From Alphaproteobacteria bacterium (GTDB taxonomy: Bacteria; Pseudomonadota; Alphaproteobacteria; UBA828): DNA of 64,000 nt. The notes under the pieces are model-generated. The model did no database searches and was not told the DNA's origin. It saw only the letters and a program-made list of their open reading frames with translations. The stretch lies in the NCBI GenBank assembly GCA_965243315.1, contig CBDEUP010000007.1, positions 1,752,221-1,816,220 of the forward strand. Direction: 5' to 3'. Below, piece after piece: positions 1 through 13,535 of this stretch. The translations under genes were made by a program, and so were the position numbers. The stretch's first letter is position 1. Each line of letters starts with the position of its first letter.

Positions 1-326
1 CGACGGCGAGCGAATGGGCACGCATTCGCGAACTCGCGGCTGAGGCGGACATGGATCTCTCGCGCTACATCGTGCACCGGGCGACCGTGCCGGACCCGCT
101 GCCGCGCCGCGCGGTACGCGAGCTTCTGCTGCTCGCCAAGATCGAGGAGCAGCGCATGGCCGATATGGGTCTTGAGGAGCGCTGGAAAACGCTCGGCGAT
201 GCCGTCAATGCATGGCTTGACCGGGAGGCTGAGTTCGACCGGCTGACCGATCCGGGCGCCGCCGAACGCTGGCGGGCGGTCTCCGGCAGCGCCGATCCGG
301 AGTGCGGCCCCGCGCCGCAGCCCTGA
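1..326 (+). CDS. Ribbon-helix-helix (MobC/CopG-like) protein, 5'-truncated by window edge
   Basis: The frame runs from position 3 in-frame with ORF 51..326. The translation begins ...TASEWARIRELAAEADMDLSRYIVHRAT, which is the classic RHH/MobC motif. Confidence 0.55.
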   Translation, partial: TASEWARIRELAAEADMDLSRYIVHRATVPDPLPRRAVRELLLLAKIEEQRMADMGLEERWKTLGDAVNAWLDREAEFDRLTDPGAAERWRAVSGSADPECGPAPQP

Positions 327-329
327 GCG

Positions 330-798
330 ATGGCGCGCGTGGAGCGCCGCACGCTGCGCTGCAGCCGGGCCGAGAGGGCCGAGATCAGGGAACGCGCAGC
401 CGCGCTCGGCATGTCGGTCTCGGGATACCTGGTTGCCTGCGCGTTGCACGAGGACGTGGGCGGGCCGTGGCGTGTCGATAAACGATCACGTGATCTCGGC
501 CGGGCTGAACGTGGAGCTCGACCCCGCGCAGACGGACACGCCGGCTCTGGCGCTGAGCGAGGCGGAACAGTGCCGACTGCTCGACCGGGTGGACCGCCTG
601 GCCGAGAGCATGCTGTCGGCGGCCTCCGGGGGTTCGATCGAGCTGCTGCTCATGACGACAGTGCAAGATTTTGCCTGGCAGGGCCGGTCGCGTGAGCTCG
701 GGCCGCAGCTGGTGGCGGTGTTCGGCCCCGACGACGGGCCGGTCGTCGAACGGCAGTTCCGGGAGTGGATGGCGAGCAAGCCGCTGCCGCTCCGTTGA
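330..798 (+). pseudogene. Second RHH (MobC-like) gene, apparently frameshifted, fused to a C-terminal domain of unknown function
   Basis: ORF 330.. starts MARVERRTLRCSRAERAEIRERAAALGMSVSGYLVACAL (RHH motif) and then degenerates into Arg-rich nonsense. ORF 433..798 in the +1 frame takes over with protein-like sequence. A 1-nt slip in the GGGCGGGCC run near 461-470 would join the two. Confidence 0.45.
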
Positions 799-923
799 CC
801 TGTGCTGCGTATGTTCTCCACCCGACTCTTGACAGGGCGACGCGTCGCGTTTAGGTAGCGGGCCATAGCGCCGATTTGAGCGACAGCTTGCGGGCGCTTT
901 ACAAATGCGGCTAAAGCGTTGGG

Positions 924-957
924 GCCCGCCCGGCAAAGCCGCGGCGGGTTTTGTGTG
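924..957 (+). terminator. Intrinsic-terminator-like hairpin followed by T-tract
   Basis: Sequence is gcccgcccggc-aaa-gccgcggcgggt followed by ttttgtgtg. That is an ~11-bp GC stem with a 3-nt loop and then a T-rich run. It lies between the upstream gene, which ends at 798, and metH. Confidence 0.4.
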
Positions 958-1051
958 CGGCGGGCCACCGAGGCAGGACGTGGCGGCAGCACGGGAAGAA
1001 AACCCGCAGGGGAGCGGCGCCAGACCGGAGAAGGGTCGGCGTGCCGCGCGC

Positions 1052-4747
<3,696 letters not shown>

Positions 4748-4983
4748 TCTGGGGAAGTCTAATGACCCATTTGCAGGGCCATTTCAGCGGAGGGCACTAC
4801 CCGCCCGCGCGCACCGCTGCCCCGTGCGGCGCAACGATTTCATTGGTCGGTCATGGAATTGCGGCACTCCATCCGTGTATGGTATGGCTCGGAGCTGTGA
4901 TGGTAACCGAGCCGGGGACCGTAGCGGGCCGCACCGGTTCGGGGCGCCGAGAAATGGATTTCTGGAGGAGTGGGAGGTTCAGC

Positions 4984-6177
4984 ATGGGTGAGAAGTGGAG
5001 TAAACCGGACGTATCACGCCGGGACGTGCTTAAGGGCACGGCGGCTGCCGCGACTCTGGCGGCCGCTGGATCGCTCGCCACCACGCGCGTGGCGCAGGCG
5101 GCGTCCACGACGGTCAAGGGCTACGGCGTCACCACGTCGCAGCTCAAGGACTGGTCCATCATGGAGAAGGCCATCGGTATCACGATGGAATTCACCGGGA
5201 CCAACGCCGACATCGGCACGTACATGCGGGACGTGATCTCCAACGATCTCGGCGAAACGCATGACATCTTCATCTTCGACGGCGGGACCGAGGACATCCT
5301 GGGGCCCCAGGGCTACTACGCCACCGTCATCGAGGATCACCCGAACCTCGAGCTCTGGGGGCGCACCTCCGACGATTGGAAGCGCACCGATCTGCTGCAG
5401 GACAATGACGGCAACCAGTACGGCGTGCCCGTGATCGGTAATGCGGACAGCTTCGGCTACTTCCCCGAGGCGATCGGCGCCAACCCTGAAGGTCTCGACG
5501 AGATCCCCTGGAGCAAGATGTTCGAGGACGAGGACACCAAGGGCCGCGTCTCGCTCGACCGCAGTTGGCTGCTCTCGAGCCCCGAGGTCGGCCTCTACCT
5601 CAAGGCGAATGGCCGGGCCGAGATCGAGGACGTCGCCAACATGACCGGCGAGGAGGCCCGCGTGGTCGCGGACTTCGCGGCCGATCGCAAGCGCGCCGGC
5701 CAGTTCCGCTCGCTCCACGCGGCCTTCGAGGAGCAGGTGCAGCTCCTCAGCAACCGCGAGATCGACCTGATCAACTGCTGGGAGCCGGCGACCAAGGAAG
5801 CCAACAACATCCTCGGCCCCGGCACGGTGATCTACGCCTTCACGGTCGAGGGCTATTACAAGTGGGGCCACGGCGCCTACATGCATACCAAGGCCGGCGA
5901 GCGCGACAACGTCGACAACATCTACAAGGTGCTCAACTACTACATGACCGGCGAGTACCGTGCTTACCAGGCGATCCAGCGCGGCTACGCCGGGCCCAAC
6001 ATGGACCTCGGCGTCAAGTTCGCGGAAGAGAACGGCTGGCCGCAGGAGCAGGTCGACGAACTCAAGTGGACCGAGGTCAAGGTCAACAAGAAGTTCGAGA
6101 AGCCGTTCTTCGGCAAGCCCGCGGCGCCGAACTCCGATGTCATGGAAGAGGAGTGGCAGCGGTTCCTGAACGCCTGA
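4984..6177 (+). CDS. ABC transporter substrate-binding protein, Tat signal (polyamine/PotD-F-like operon 1)
   Basis: Internal start MGEKWSKPDVSRRDVLKGTAAAATLAAAG carries a twin-arginine motif. RBS ggaggagtggga lies upstream. The protein is paralogous to the SBP at 13536..14741 (shared NADSFGY, RKxAGQFR, CWEPA, AEENG and ...LNA segments). Confidence 0.8.
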   Translation: MGEKWSKPDVSRRDVLKGTAAAATLAAAGSLATTRVAQAASTTVKGYGVTTSQLKDWSIMEKAIGITMEFTGTNADIGTYMRDVISNDLGETHDIFIFDGGTEDILGPQGYYATVIEDHPNLELWGRTSDDWKRTDLLQDNDGNQYGVPVIGNADSFGYFPEAIGANPEGLDEIPWSKMFEDEDTKGRVSLDRSWLLSSPEVGLYLKANGRAEIEDVANMTGEEARVVADFAADRKRAGQFRSLHAAFEEQVQLLSNREIDLINCWEPATKEANNILGPGTVIYAFTVEGYYKWGHGAYMHTKAGERDNVDNIYKVLNYYMTGEYRAYQAIQRGYAGPNMDLGVKFAEENGWPQEQVDELKWTEVKVNKKFEKPFFGKPAAPNSDVMEEEWQRFLNA

Positions 6178-6266
6178 CCGCGCCATCCGCAATGTGACAA
6201 CCGCCCCGGTGCGCCCCGCGAATACCTTCGCACGGCGCGCCGGGGCTCTTTCTTTGTCGGCGATCG

Positions 6267-7187
6267 ATGTCTGACTCGGCGGGAAGCGGCTTCGTCAACG
6301 ACCTCCGCGTCGGCTACACCCGCCTATTCTCGGGCAGCTGGGTGGTGCCGGTTTTCGTCGCGGCATGGGTCGTCATCGTCATCCTGCCGCTGCTCGTCAT
6401 GGTCGCCCATTCGTTCTTCGAGATGAAGAACTACCAGGTGTCCTACGACGCCGGGTTCAAGACCTGGAATTCGCTGATCGATTCCGGCCGCTGGATCGCA
6501 GCGGTGCGCACGCTCCGCGTCGTGCTCGTGATGACGGTGGTCGAGTTCCTGATCGCCTTCCCCTTCGCGCTCTGGCTCGCCAAGACCTGCAAGTCGAAGA
6601 TAACCAAGGCGGTCATCATCACGCTGCTCACCATCCCGTTCTTCCTCGACCCCTCCTCGCGCACGATCATCTGGCGCGCCATCCTGGGCAAGAACGGCAT
6701 CATCAACACCGTCCTCATGGAGCTCGGCATCATCAGCGAGCCCATGGAGTGGATGCTGTTCTCGGAATTCGCCGTCCATTTCGGGATGCTCGCGCCATAC
6801 TTCCCGACGATGGTGTTCCCCATCTTCCTGGTCGTGAGCCTCATCGACGACCACTACCTGGAGGCGAGCCGCGACCTGGGCGCGAGCAAGCTGCACACGC
6901 TCTTCTACATCATCCTGCCGCTCTCGCTGCCGGGCATCGTCGCCGGCGCCGTCTTCACCATGGTGCCGCTCATGGCAACCTGGGTGGAGCCGGAGATGCT
7001 GGGCGGGGGTTTCGTGAACTTACTCGGCCCGTCGGTCGAAGCCGCGATTCGGAATCTGAAGTATCCGACTGCGGCCGCGCTCTCGGTCTTCGTCATCATC
7101 GTGCTCGCGCTGTTGCTTACGCTGCTGATCCTGGCGACGCGGCGCCTAGGCTCCATCGGCGACGTCTTCCAGACGCTGAGGCGGTGA
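6267..7187 (+). CDS. ABC transporter permease (PotB-like)
   Basis: Polytopic membrane protein. A closely paralogous copy is at 12538..13455 (shared FPFALWLAK, FSEFAVHFG and EAS.DLGA segments). Confidence 0.85.
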   Translation: MSDSAGSGFVNDLRVGYTRLFSGSWVVPVFVAAWVVIVILPLLVMVAHSFFEMKNYQVSYDAGFKTWNSLIDSGRWIAAVRTLRVVLVMTVVEFLIAFPFALWLAKTCKSKITKAVIITLLTIPFFLDPSSRTIIWRAILGKNGIINTVLMELGIISEPMEWMLFSEFAVHFGMLAPYFPTMVFPIFLVVSLIDDHYLEASRDLGASKLHTLFYIILPLSLPGIVAGAVFTMVPLMATWVEPEMLGGGFVNLLGPSVEAAIRNLKYPTAAALSVFVIIVLALLLTLLILATRRLGSIGDVFQTLRR

Positions 7188-7191
7188 GGCG

Positions 7192-8067
7192 ATGAGCGAC
7201 CGGGCACAACACAGGATGGCGGCGACCATCGACGACCAGATCGGCCACGGCGGCGCGCTGTTCTGGCGCCGCCTCTCGGGGTGGCGGCTTTGGACCGGAA
7301 TCGCCAAGTGGCTCGGGCTGATCGTCATCCTGCTGATGTACATCCCGCTGGTCTGGCTCGCGGTGATGTCGTTCAGCGGCCGGCCGCTCTCGGGCATCCC
7401 CTACCCGCTCACCATGGAGCACTACGACGAGCTCTTCTTCGCCTTCAACAAGTGGGGCGAGCCACTCTACGAGAGCGTGGCCATGGGCGTGGTCGTCGGC
7501 ATCGTCTGCATGATCGTGGCGACCGCCGTGGGCCGCGCCATGCCCCGGATGCGCAAGCCGGGCGGCGTGATTCTGGTCGCCCTCATTCCACTCTTCGTGC
7601 CGGGGCTCACCATGGGGGCGGCGCTCTTCATCTCCATCCGCTCCTTTCTTGATCTCCGGCTCGGGCTCTGGTCGATCTTCGTCGGCCATATGGTGTGGTC
7701 GCTGCCGTTCTCGCTCCTGCTGGTGCTGATCATCGCGACCCGCTTCGACCACCGTCTGCTGGAGGCCGCGCAGGACCTGGGCGCCACCGGCTGGCGCCGC
7801 TTTTGGGACATCGAGTTCCCGATCCTGCGCCCCGGCATTATCGGCGCCGGCATCTTCGGCTTCCTGCTCTCCTTCAACGAGCTCCTGCGCTCGATCTTCC
7901 TGCGCGGCTCGGAGACGACGATGCCGATCTACAACTGGACCATGACGGCGTCGCACCAGTCCCAGGTGCCGATCATCTTCTCGCTTTCGACGATCATCCT
8001 GGCCGTCACCCTGCCGATCCTCGGCGCCTTCTTCTGGCTGCTCTTCGCGAAGCTGGACCGAAGCTGA
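7192..8067 (+). CDS. ABC transporter permease (PotC-like)
   Basis: Membrane protein containing the EAAxDLGA(T/S) permease signature. Confidence 0.85.
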   Translation: MSDRAQHRMAATIDDQIGHGGALFWRRLSGWRLWTGIAKWLGLIVILLMYIPLVWLAVMSFSGRPLSGIPYPLTMEHYDELFFAFNKWGEPLYESVAMGVVVGIVCMIVATAVGRAMPRMRKPGGVILVALIPLFVPGLTMGAALFISIRSFLDLRLGLWSIFVGHMVWSLPFSLLLVLIIATRFDHRLLEAAQDLGATGWRRFWDIEFPILRPGIIGAGIFGFLLSFNELLRSIFLRGSETTMPIYNWTMTASHQSQVPIIFSLSTIILAVTLPILGAFFWLLFAKLDRS

Positions 8068-8078
8068 GCGCCGAGCGC

Positions 8079-9611
8079 TCACTCCCGGCGCAACACGTCG
8101 AAGGCGATGCTGATACGCTCCTCGTCGCCTTTGAACGGAAGCGTGCGATGAAACGTATAAGAGGGAAACAGGAGCATCAGCCCTTCCCCGGGCTTGACAA
8201 GCCTGGTCTCGGGCTCCGCTCGGATCTGGAAGTCCCAATAGGGCCGCCCGAACTCGATCCACCCGGCATGGGCAGCACCGTCCTCGTCGACGGCCCTGGG
8301 CAGACGCACATAGTAGACCCCGCTCAGCCAAGCCGATGGATGGATATGGGGAACCTGATATGCGCCCGCATCGAGGATCACCCCCCACGCCGTGGTTCTG
8401 GTTTGGCGCGGAACATCGGCCACAAACGGATGATCAGAGCCGCGCGGCAGCGCCTCTCGATAGTCGTCCACAGCGCGTTCGATCATCTTCTGAAATGTCG
8501 CGATCGCGGGCCCGCGGCCAGGGAACAACTCTCCCGTGCTCTTGCCCCGCTCCATCGAGTAACTCTCAGGCGCCTCCTGCAAGGTCGGATGGCCGCGGAT
8601 ATGGGCAGACAAGGCCTCATTGAACGCGGTCATGTCCGCAAAACCGGCGGGCGGCGAGCAACGCATGCGCCGAATCAAGTCATCGAAGCCGAGCAGCTCT
8701 CGCGCCGCGGTGTGCTCCCCCAGCTCCCATAGGGCGACCGCCTTCATGGCAAGCGCACCGCTTTGGCCCGGACGGCGGGCCAAAAACGCATCGCAGGCCT
8801 CAAGCGCAGCGCGCGGATCCTTCCGATCGAAATGCGCGTGGACGTGGCGCGGCTTGCCCACCTCGAACGAGGCATCAAGAACGTCGACCTTGAGCGCCGC
8901 CGCCCGCTGATAGGCTCTCAGTGCGTTGTTGAGACTGCCGCTCGCGTAAAGCGCGTTCCCGAGGGCGAAATGCGCCTCCGCATTTTCGGGATCGATCGCG
9001 ATTGCCCGGTGAAACGCGCGCTCGGCCCCGTCGAGGTCTCCCTTCGCGTGGTCGACCAGGCCGATCTGAAGCATGGTACCGGCATGATCGGGGCGAAGCT
9101 CGGCGGCGCGATCGAAGGCCGTGGCGGCGCCATCCAGATCACCCTTCCTGCGCAGCGCGTGACCGAGGTTGAAATGCGTCTCCGCTTTGGCCGGATCGAT
9201 CCCGATCGCGCGGCGATATGCGGCGATCGCCCCGTCGATATGACCAGCCACCTGGAGTGCGTTGCCAAGATCGTTGTGTGCGCCCGAATCGCGATCGTCG
9301 AGCGCGACGGCGCGCCGCAACAGCGCGACCGCCTGTCCGGGCTCATCGAGTTGGAGCGAGACCACGGCGCAGGCCTTCAACGCATCCCTGTGATCGGGGC
9401 GTGCGGCGAGAACCTCGCGATAGAGCGCCTGCGAATCGGCAAGCCGCCCGGTTCGCCGATAGAGGGCGGCCCGGCGCAACGCTTCACGGATGCGGGTCGC
9501 CGACATCGTCGCCCGACAACCGCCGACGCTGGTGCCTTGCCGCGCCGCTCCCGGTGCGTCAGTGGGCCGAGAACCCTTCCCTCGCGAACGTCTGCTCTGG
9601 TTCGGCGCCAT
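8079..9611 (-). CDS. TPR-repeat protein fused to a putative 2OG-Fe(II) oxygenase (TIGR02466-like) C-terminal domain
   Basis: Multiple TPR repeats (ALxxDPxxAEAHxNLGxAL) are followed by a C-terminal SAWLSGVYYVRLP...FPSYTFHRTLP region resembling the PhyH-like 2OG-oxygenase family. Confidence 0.7.
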   Translation of the reverse strand: MAPNQSRRSRGKGSRPTDAPGAARQGTSVGGCRATMSATRIREALRRAALYRRTGRLADSQALYREVLAARPDHRDALKACAVVSLQLDEPGQAVALLRRAVALDDRDSGAHNDLGNALQVAGHIDGAIAAYRRAIGIDPAKAETHFNLGHALRRKGDLDGAATAFDRAAELRPDHAGTMLQIGLVDHAKGDLDGAERAFHRAIAIDPENAEAHFALGNALYASGSLNNALRAYQRAAALKVDVLDASFEVGKPRHVHAHFDRKDPRAALEACDAFLARRPGQSGALAMKAVALWELGEHTAARELLGFDDLIRRMRCSPPAGFADMTAFNEALSAHIRGHPTLQEAPESYSMERGKSTGELFPGRGPAIATFQKMIERAVDDYREALPRGSDHPFVADVPRQTRTTAWGVILDAGAYQVPHIHPSAWLSGVYYVRLPRAVDEDGAAHAGWIEFGRPYWDFQIRAEPETRLVKPGEGLMLLFPSYTFHRTLPFKGDEERISIAFDVLRRE

Positions 9612-10081
9612 GTCGCCTTCCGACCCTCGCCCCCTCCGTTAAGAGAGCACGACGTGAGGTGATGCTAGAGTATTTTTCGGCCTCAGAGAATCCGTACAAT
9701 TTTCAGTCGGTTGGTTTCGCAATTCAAGATACGGGCTCGCCAATTGCCGCAGAATCTTCGACGACTCCGAGACCTTCGGAAGGCATCTCAACCGCCGTCC
9801 CGGCGCGGCCGACGAGATGAGAAATCTGTCGGCGTAGATCGAGTGCGACCTCAGTGCGGACAGCGCAGAAATCGATTGTTGTTAAGCACGCTTTGTTGAC
9901 CCCTCATAATCCAGCCATATCAATGGGTTACCGCGCTCATCGGCACCACATCCGTGCGCCGATCAACAGAGAAAACCGACACTTGTTGTCATTAGTTGCA
10001 ATACGGACGCCTTCTCCGCGCCCGAACCCGCGTGGCAGAATGACCGTTTGCGCCGCTGGGGCATCTGCCAAGGAGAAACCG

Positions 10082-10471
10082 ATGATCACGCTTCATAATC
10101 CGGATACGGTCGTGGCGCCTGCGTCGTTCTACAGCCAGGCGGCGGAGGTGGGGCCGGGCAAGCGCTGGCTTCACATCTCGGGCCAGGTGGGCGCCGCTCC
10201 GGACGGGTCGCTCGCGGAAGGCTTCGAGGCGCAGAGCGATCAGGTCTGGCGTAACATCGAGGCTCTGCTCGCCGCCGCCGACATGACCATGGAGAACCTG
10301 GTCATCGTGCGGGCGCTGCTGGTGGACCGCGCCCACCTCGGGGCCTATCGCGAGATCAGGGACCGCCACCTGGCGGGCCATCAGGCGGCCTCGACGCTCC
10401 TGATCGTCGCGGGCCTCGCAGACGAGCGCTGGCTGATCGAGATTGAGGCGCTGGCTGCCGCCGAGACCTAA
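10082..10471 (+). CDS. RidA/YjgF/L-PSP family protein
   Basis: Internal start MITLHNPDTVVAPASFYSQAAEV. The 129-aa size and motifs are typical of RidA. Confidence 0.75.
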   Translation: MITLHNPDTVVAPASFYSQAAEVGPGKRWLHISGQVGAAPDGSLAEGFEAQSDQVWRNIEALLAAADMTMENLVIVRALLVDRAHLGAYREIRDRHLAGHQAASTLLIVAGLADERWLIEIEALAAAET

Positions 10472-10482
10472 TCGGGGAGTGG

Positions 10483-11652
10483 TCAGGCGGCGTCGGCTTC
10501 CTCGCTTGCGCCAGCACCGGCGCCGTTCTCGTTGGAGGTGATGGCGCACTCGGACTCGCGCCACCAAAGCGCCTCCAGATCGTTGACATCGACGCCCCGG
10601 TCCCAGATCCGCGCCTTGACCGGGCCGATGTCGGTATCAAGCGTCTGGTCCAGATACTTGCCTTTGTAAATCGTCGCCCCGCTGGTGCACGGCAACGCGT
10701 TGATGCCGGACTCGTCGACGGTCGCCCCGCGGGGCGCAAGCCTGATCCGCTCCGCCCGCACCGCGACGCAGGCAGGCGCACCCCTCTCCGCCAGGCCGGT
10801 GCCGCTCCATGCGCCGCTGATCACGTGCCCGCCGATGCGCACGCTGGCCGTGCCGTTCTGCACGCTCTCGATGGTTCCTTCCAACAGATTCTCCACGCCC
10901 ATGAAGTCCGCGACGAAGCGGGTCGCGGGCCGGTCGAAGAGGTCGGTCGGCGGCCCTTCCTGCACGATCCGCCCTCGCCGCATCAGGATGATCCGGTCGC
11001 TCATGGTGAGCGCCTCTTCCTGACTGTGCGTGACGTAGATGAAGGTGAGGCCGAGCTTCTCGTGGAGGTCGAGGAGCTCCACCTGCATGTCCACGCGCAG
11101 CTTCTCGTCGAGCGCGCCAAGCGGCTCGTCGAGCAGCAGGATCGCAGGCTGCGTCACCAGCGCGCGGGCCAGCGCGACCCGCTGGCGCTCGCCGCCGGAG
11201 AGCTGGTGAACACGGCGGCCGTACTTGTCCAGCAGTCGCACCAGGGCGAGCGCGTCCTCCGCCCGTTGGCGGCGCTGATCCCTGTCGATGCCGCGCACAC
11301 GCAGCCCGTACTCGACGTTCTGTCCGACCGACATGTGGGGGAAGAGCGCGTAGTGCTGGAACACGGTCGTGCAGTTGCGCCGCGACGCCGGGATGGCCGA
11401 GACATCCTCGCCGTCGATGGCGATGCGCGCGATCCGGGTGGGTCGCTCGAGCCCGGCGACGATCCTGAGCAGCGTCGTCTTGCCGGAGCCGCTTTCGCCC
11501 AACAGGGTGAGGAACTCGCCCCGCCGCGCCGTGATCGACACGTCGTCGAGCGCGACCACGTCGCCGAAGCGGTGGGTCGCATGCTCGACCTGCAGGATCT
11601 GGTCGCCGCCGGCCGGTGCGGTGCGCGGCGCGGCTGCTTCACTTGTTGCCAT
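10483..11652 (-). CDS. ABC transporter ATP-binding protein (PotA-like)
   Basis: Walker A GESGSGKTT, signature LSGGERQRVALARAL and a C-terminal TOBE-like domain. Start MATSEAA at 11652 sits just downstream of a GGAGGAGG RBS. Confidence 0.9.
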   Translation of the reverse strand: MATSEAAAPRTAPAGGDQILQVEHATHRFGDVVALDDVSITARRGEFLTLLGESGSGKTTLLRIVAGLERPTRIARIAIDGEDVSAIPASRRNCTTVFQHYALFPHMSVGQNVEYGLRVRGIDRDQRRQRAEDALALVRLLDKYGRRVHQLSGGERQRVALARALVTQPAILLLDEPLGALDEKLRVDMQVELLDLHEKLGLTFIYVTHSQEEALTMSDRIILMRRGRIVQEGPPTDLFDRPATRFVADFMGVENLLEGTIESVQNGTASVRIGGHVISGAWSGTGLAERGAPACVAVRAERIRLAPRGATVDESGINALPCTSGATIYKGKYLDQTLDTDIGPVKARIWDRGVDVNDLEALWWRESECAITSNENGAGAGASEEADAA

Positions 11653-12541
11653 CTCGGCCTCCTCCGAAGGCAAGCTTGATCGCGAGGAAGGTCAACCCGA
11701 TGCTCACGATCGTCACCAGGGTACTCATTGCATAGATCAGGGGCACGGTCGTGTTGTGCGCGCCCGATTGTATCCACAGATAGAGCGGCAGTGTGTCCTG
11801 TCCCGCACGCATGAAGATGCTGAAGGGCAGCTCGTTGAACGACAGCAGGAAGCCGAAGAAGCCTGCCGCGAAGATGCCGGGCTTCAGGATCGGCACCTCG
11901 ATCTGCCAGAAGCGCTGCCAGCGGCTCGCGCCGAGGTCCTCCGCCGCCTCCATCAGCCGCGTGTCGAAGCGCGAGGCGACCACCAGCATCGCCAGCAGCG
12001 CGAAGGGAAACGCCCAGACGAAATGGGCCAGTGCCAGCGACCACACGCCCATCTTCACGTTGATCACGAGGCGATACCACATGAAGAGCCCGACGCCCGC
12101 GACGATGCCCGGCACCATCAGCGGCATGAGGAAGCCGATGAGCAGCGGCCCGCGTCGTTTCACCCGGGGCAGCACCGGCCCCACGATCAGCGCGCCGATC
12201 ACGCACGCCGCCGAGGTGGCGAAGGCAAGCCCGATCGAGAGCAGCAGCGGATCGCCCACGCGGAAGTTACTGCCATAGGCCTCGCCGTCGCGCTGGGCGA
12301 TGTCGGCGTAGATCACGTCCTCGTACCAGGTGAGTGTCCAGTCGCCCGGGATGCCGGTGAGCGGCTCGCCGCTGATGGAGAGGATCATCAGCCAGACGAT
12401 CGGCAGATAGAGGACGAAGAGCACGCCGTAGCCGAAGAAGAGGCCGGTGCCTCGCGGCAGTCCGTCCATGAAACGCCGCCAGAAGGGCGGGCGCACCTGC
12501 GCGTAGGTGATCGTTTCGGAGGCGGGCACGGTCATCGTCAT
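11639..12541 (-). CDS. ABC transporter permease (PotC-like)
   Basis: Membrane permease. Its end overlaps the start of the downstream ATPase gene by 14 nt. Confidence 0.85.
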   Translation of the reverse strand: MTMTVPASETITYAQVRPPFWRRFMDGLPRGTGLFFGYGVLFVLYLPIVWLMILSISGEPLTGIPGDWTLTWYEDVIYADIAQRDGEAYGSNFRVGDPLLLSIGLAFATSAACVIGALIVGPVLPRVKRRGPLLIGFLMPLMVPGIVAGVGLFMWYRLVINVKMGVWSLALAHFVWAFPFALLAMLVVASRFDTRLMEAAEDLGASRWQRFWQIEVPILKPGIFAAGFFGFLLSFNELPFSIFMRAGQDTLPLYLWIQSGAHNTTVPLIYAMSTLVTIVSIGLTFLAIKLAFGGGRDGNK

Positions 12542-13455
12542 CGGCGCAGATTCGCGAAGACTTCGTTGAGACCGCCCACAGGCTTGAGCGCAGCCCAGAG
12601 CAGCACCTGGAAGGCGAGCATGATACCCAGAACGACCGCCGCAAGTGCAGCCGCCACCAAAAAGTTCGAGACTCCGATCAGACTCTGCACCTGGGCGCTC
12701 AACATCAGCACGTTGTTGCCGCCCATGTGCTGGGCCACCACCGTGTCGCCCAGCATCGGTATGAAGGTGAAGACGATGCCGGCGACGACGCCCGGCAACG
12801 CCAGCGGGAAGATGACGTGCACGAGCGTCCTGAAGCGGTTGGCGCCGAGGTCGTTGCTGGCTTCAAGGAAGTCGTTATCGATCAGGCTGATGGAGAGGAA
12901 GATCGGCCACACCATGGTGGGGAAGAAGGCGCCGAGGAAGCCGAAGTGCACGGCGAACTCTGAGAAGATCAGCCAGGTCACGGGCTCGTCCACCGCGCCA
13001 ATCCCGAGCAGCGCCTGATTCACCACGCCGTTGATGCCGAAGACCGAGCGCCAGACGATGACGCGCGCCGCCGGGCTCAGGAAGAACGGCACGGTGAGCG
13101 CGGTGAAGGTGAGCAGGCGCACCATGTTGTTCTTGCAGCCCTTCGCCAGCCAGAGCGCGAAGGGGAACGCGATCATGAGTTCGATGAACGTGATCGTCGC
13201 TGCGATGCGCACCGAGCGCGCGAGCAGATCGCTGCCGCCATAGGAGAAGAACCGCTCGTACTGCAGAAAGGAGGGATCGAAGTTGATCCTGATCCCGCGG
13301 CCCTGGAGGAACGAGACCAGGATGATGGCGAGCAGCGGGATGACGATGCCGCCAAACCAGACGACGGTGAAGCCCGAGAGCGACCAGACGCCTGCCGGCA
13401 AGCGCGGCAGCAGGCGGCGCATGACGTCGTCGTTGGCGGTGAGCGTGGCGGCCAT
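12538..13455 (-). CDS. ABC transporter permease (PotB-like)
   Basis: Paralogous to the permease at 6267..7187. It overlaps the downstream permease by 4 nt. Confidence 0.85.
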   Translation of the reverse strand: MAATLTANDDVMRRLLPRLPAGVWSLSGFTVVWFGGIVIPLLAIILVSFLQGRGIRINFDPSFLQYERFFSYGGSDLLARSVRIAATITFIELMIAFPFALWLAKGCKNNMVRLLTFTALTVPFFLSPAARVIVWRSVFGINGVVNQALLGIGAVDEPVTWLIFSEFAVHFGFLGAFFPTMVWPIFLSISLIDNDFLEASNDLGANRFRTLVHVIFPLALPGVVAGIVFTFIPMLGDTVVAQHMGGNNVLMLSAQVQSLIGVSNFLVAAALAAVVLGIMLAFQVLLWAALKPVGGLNEVFANLRR

Positions 13456-13535
13456 CCTGACTAAGGCAAAATGGGCGAGACCCGCCCCGCCCTCTCATGC
13501 GGCGGGACGGGCCTGGCCCGATAGCGAGCCGAACG

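Noticed and set aside
5014-8388. Long minus-strand ORFs (392 aa and 423 aa) overlapping the SBP and permease genes
   Set aside because: They are antisense to convincing ABC-transporter genes. Composition is Arg/Gly/Asp-rich and protein-unlike. These are high-GC artifacts.
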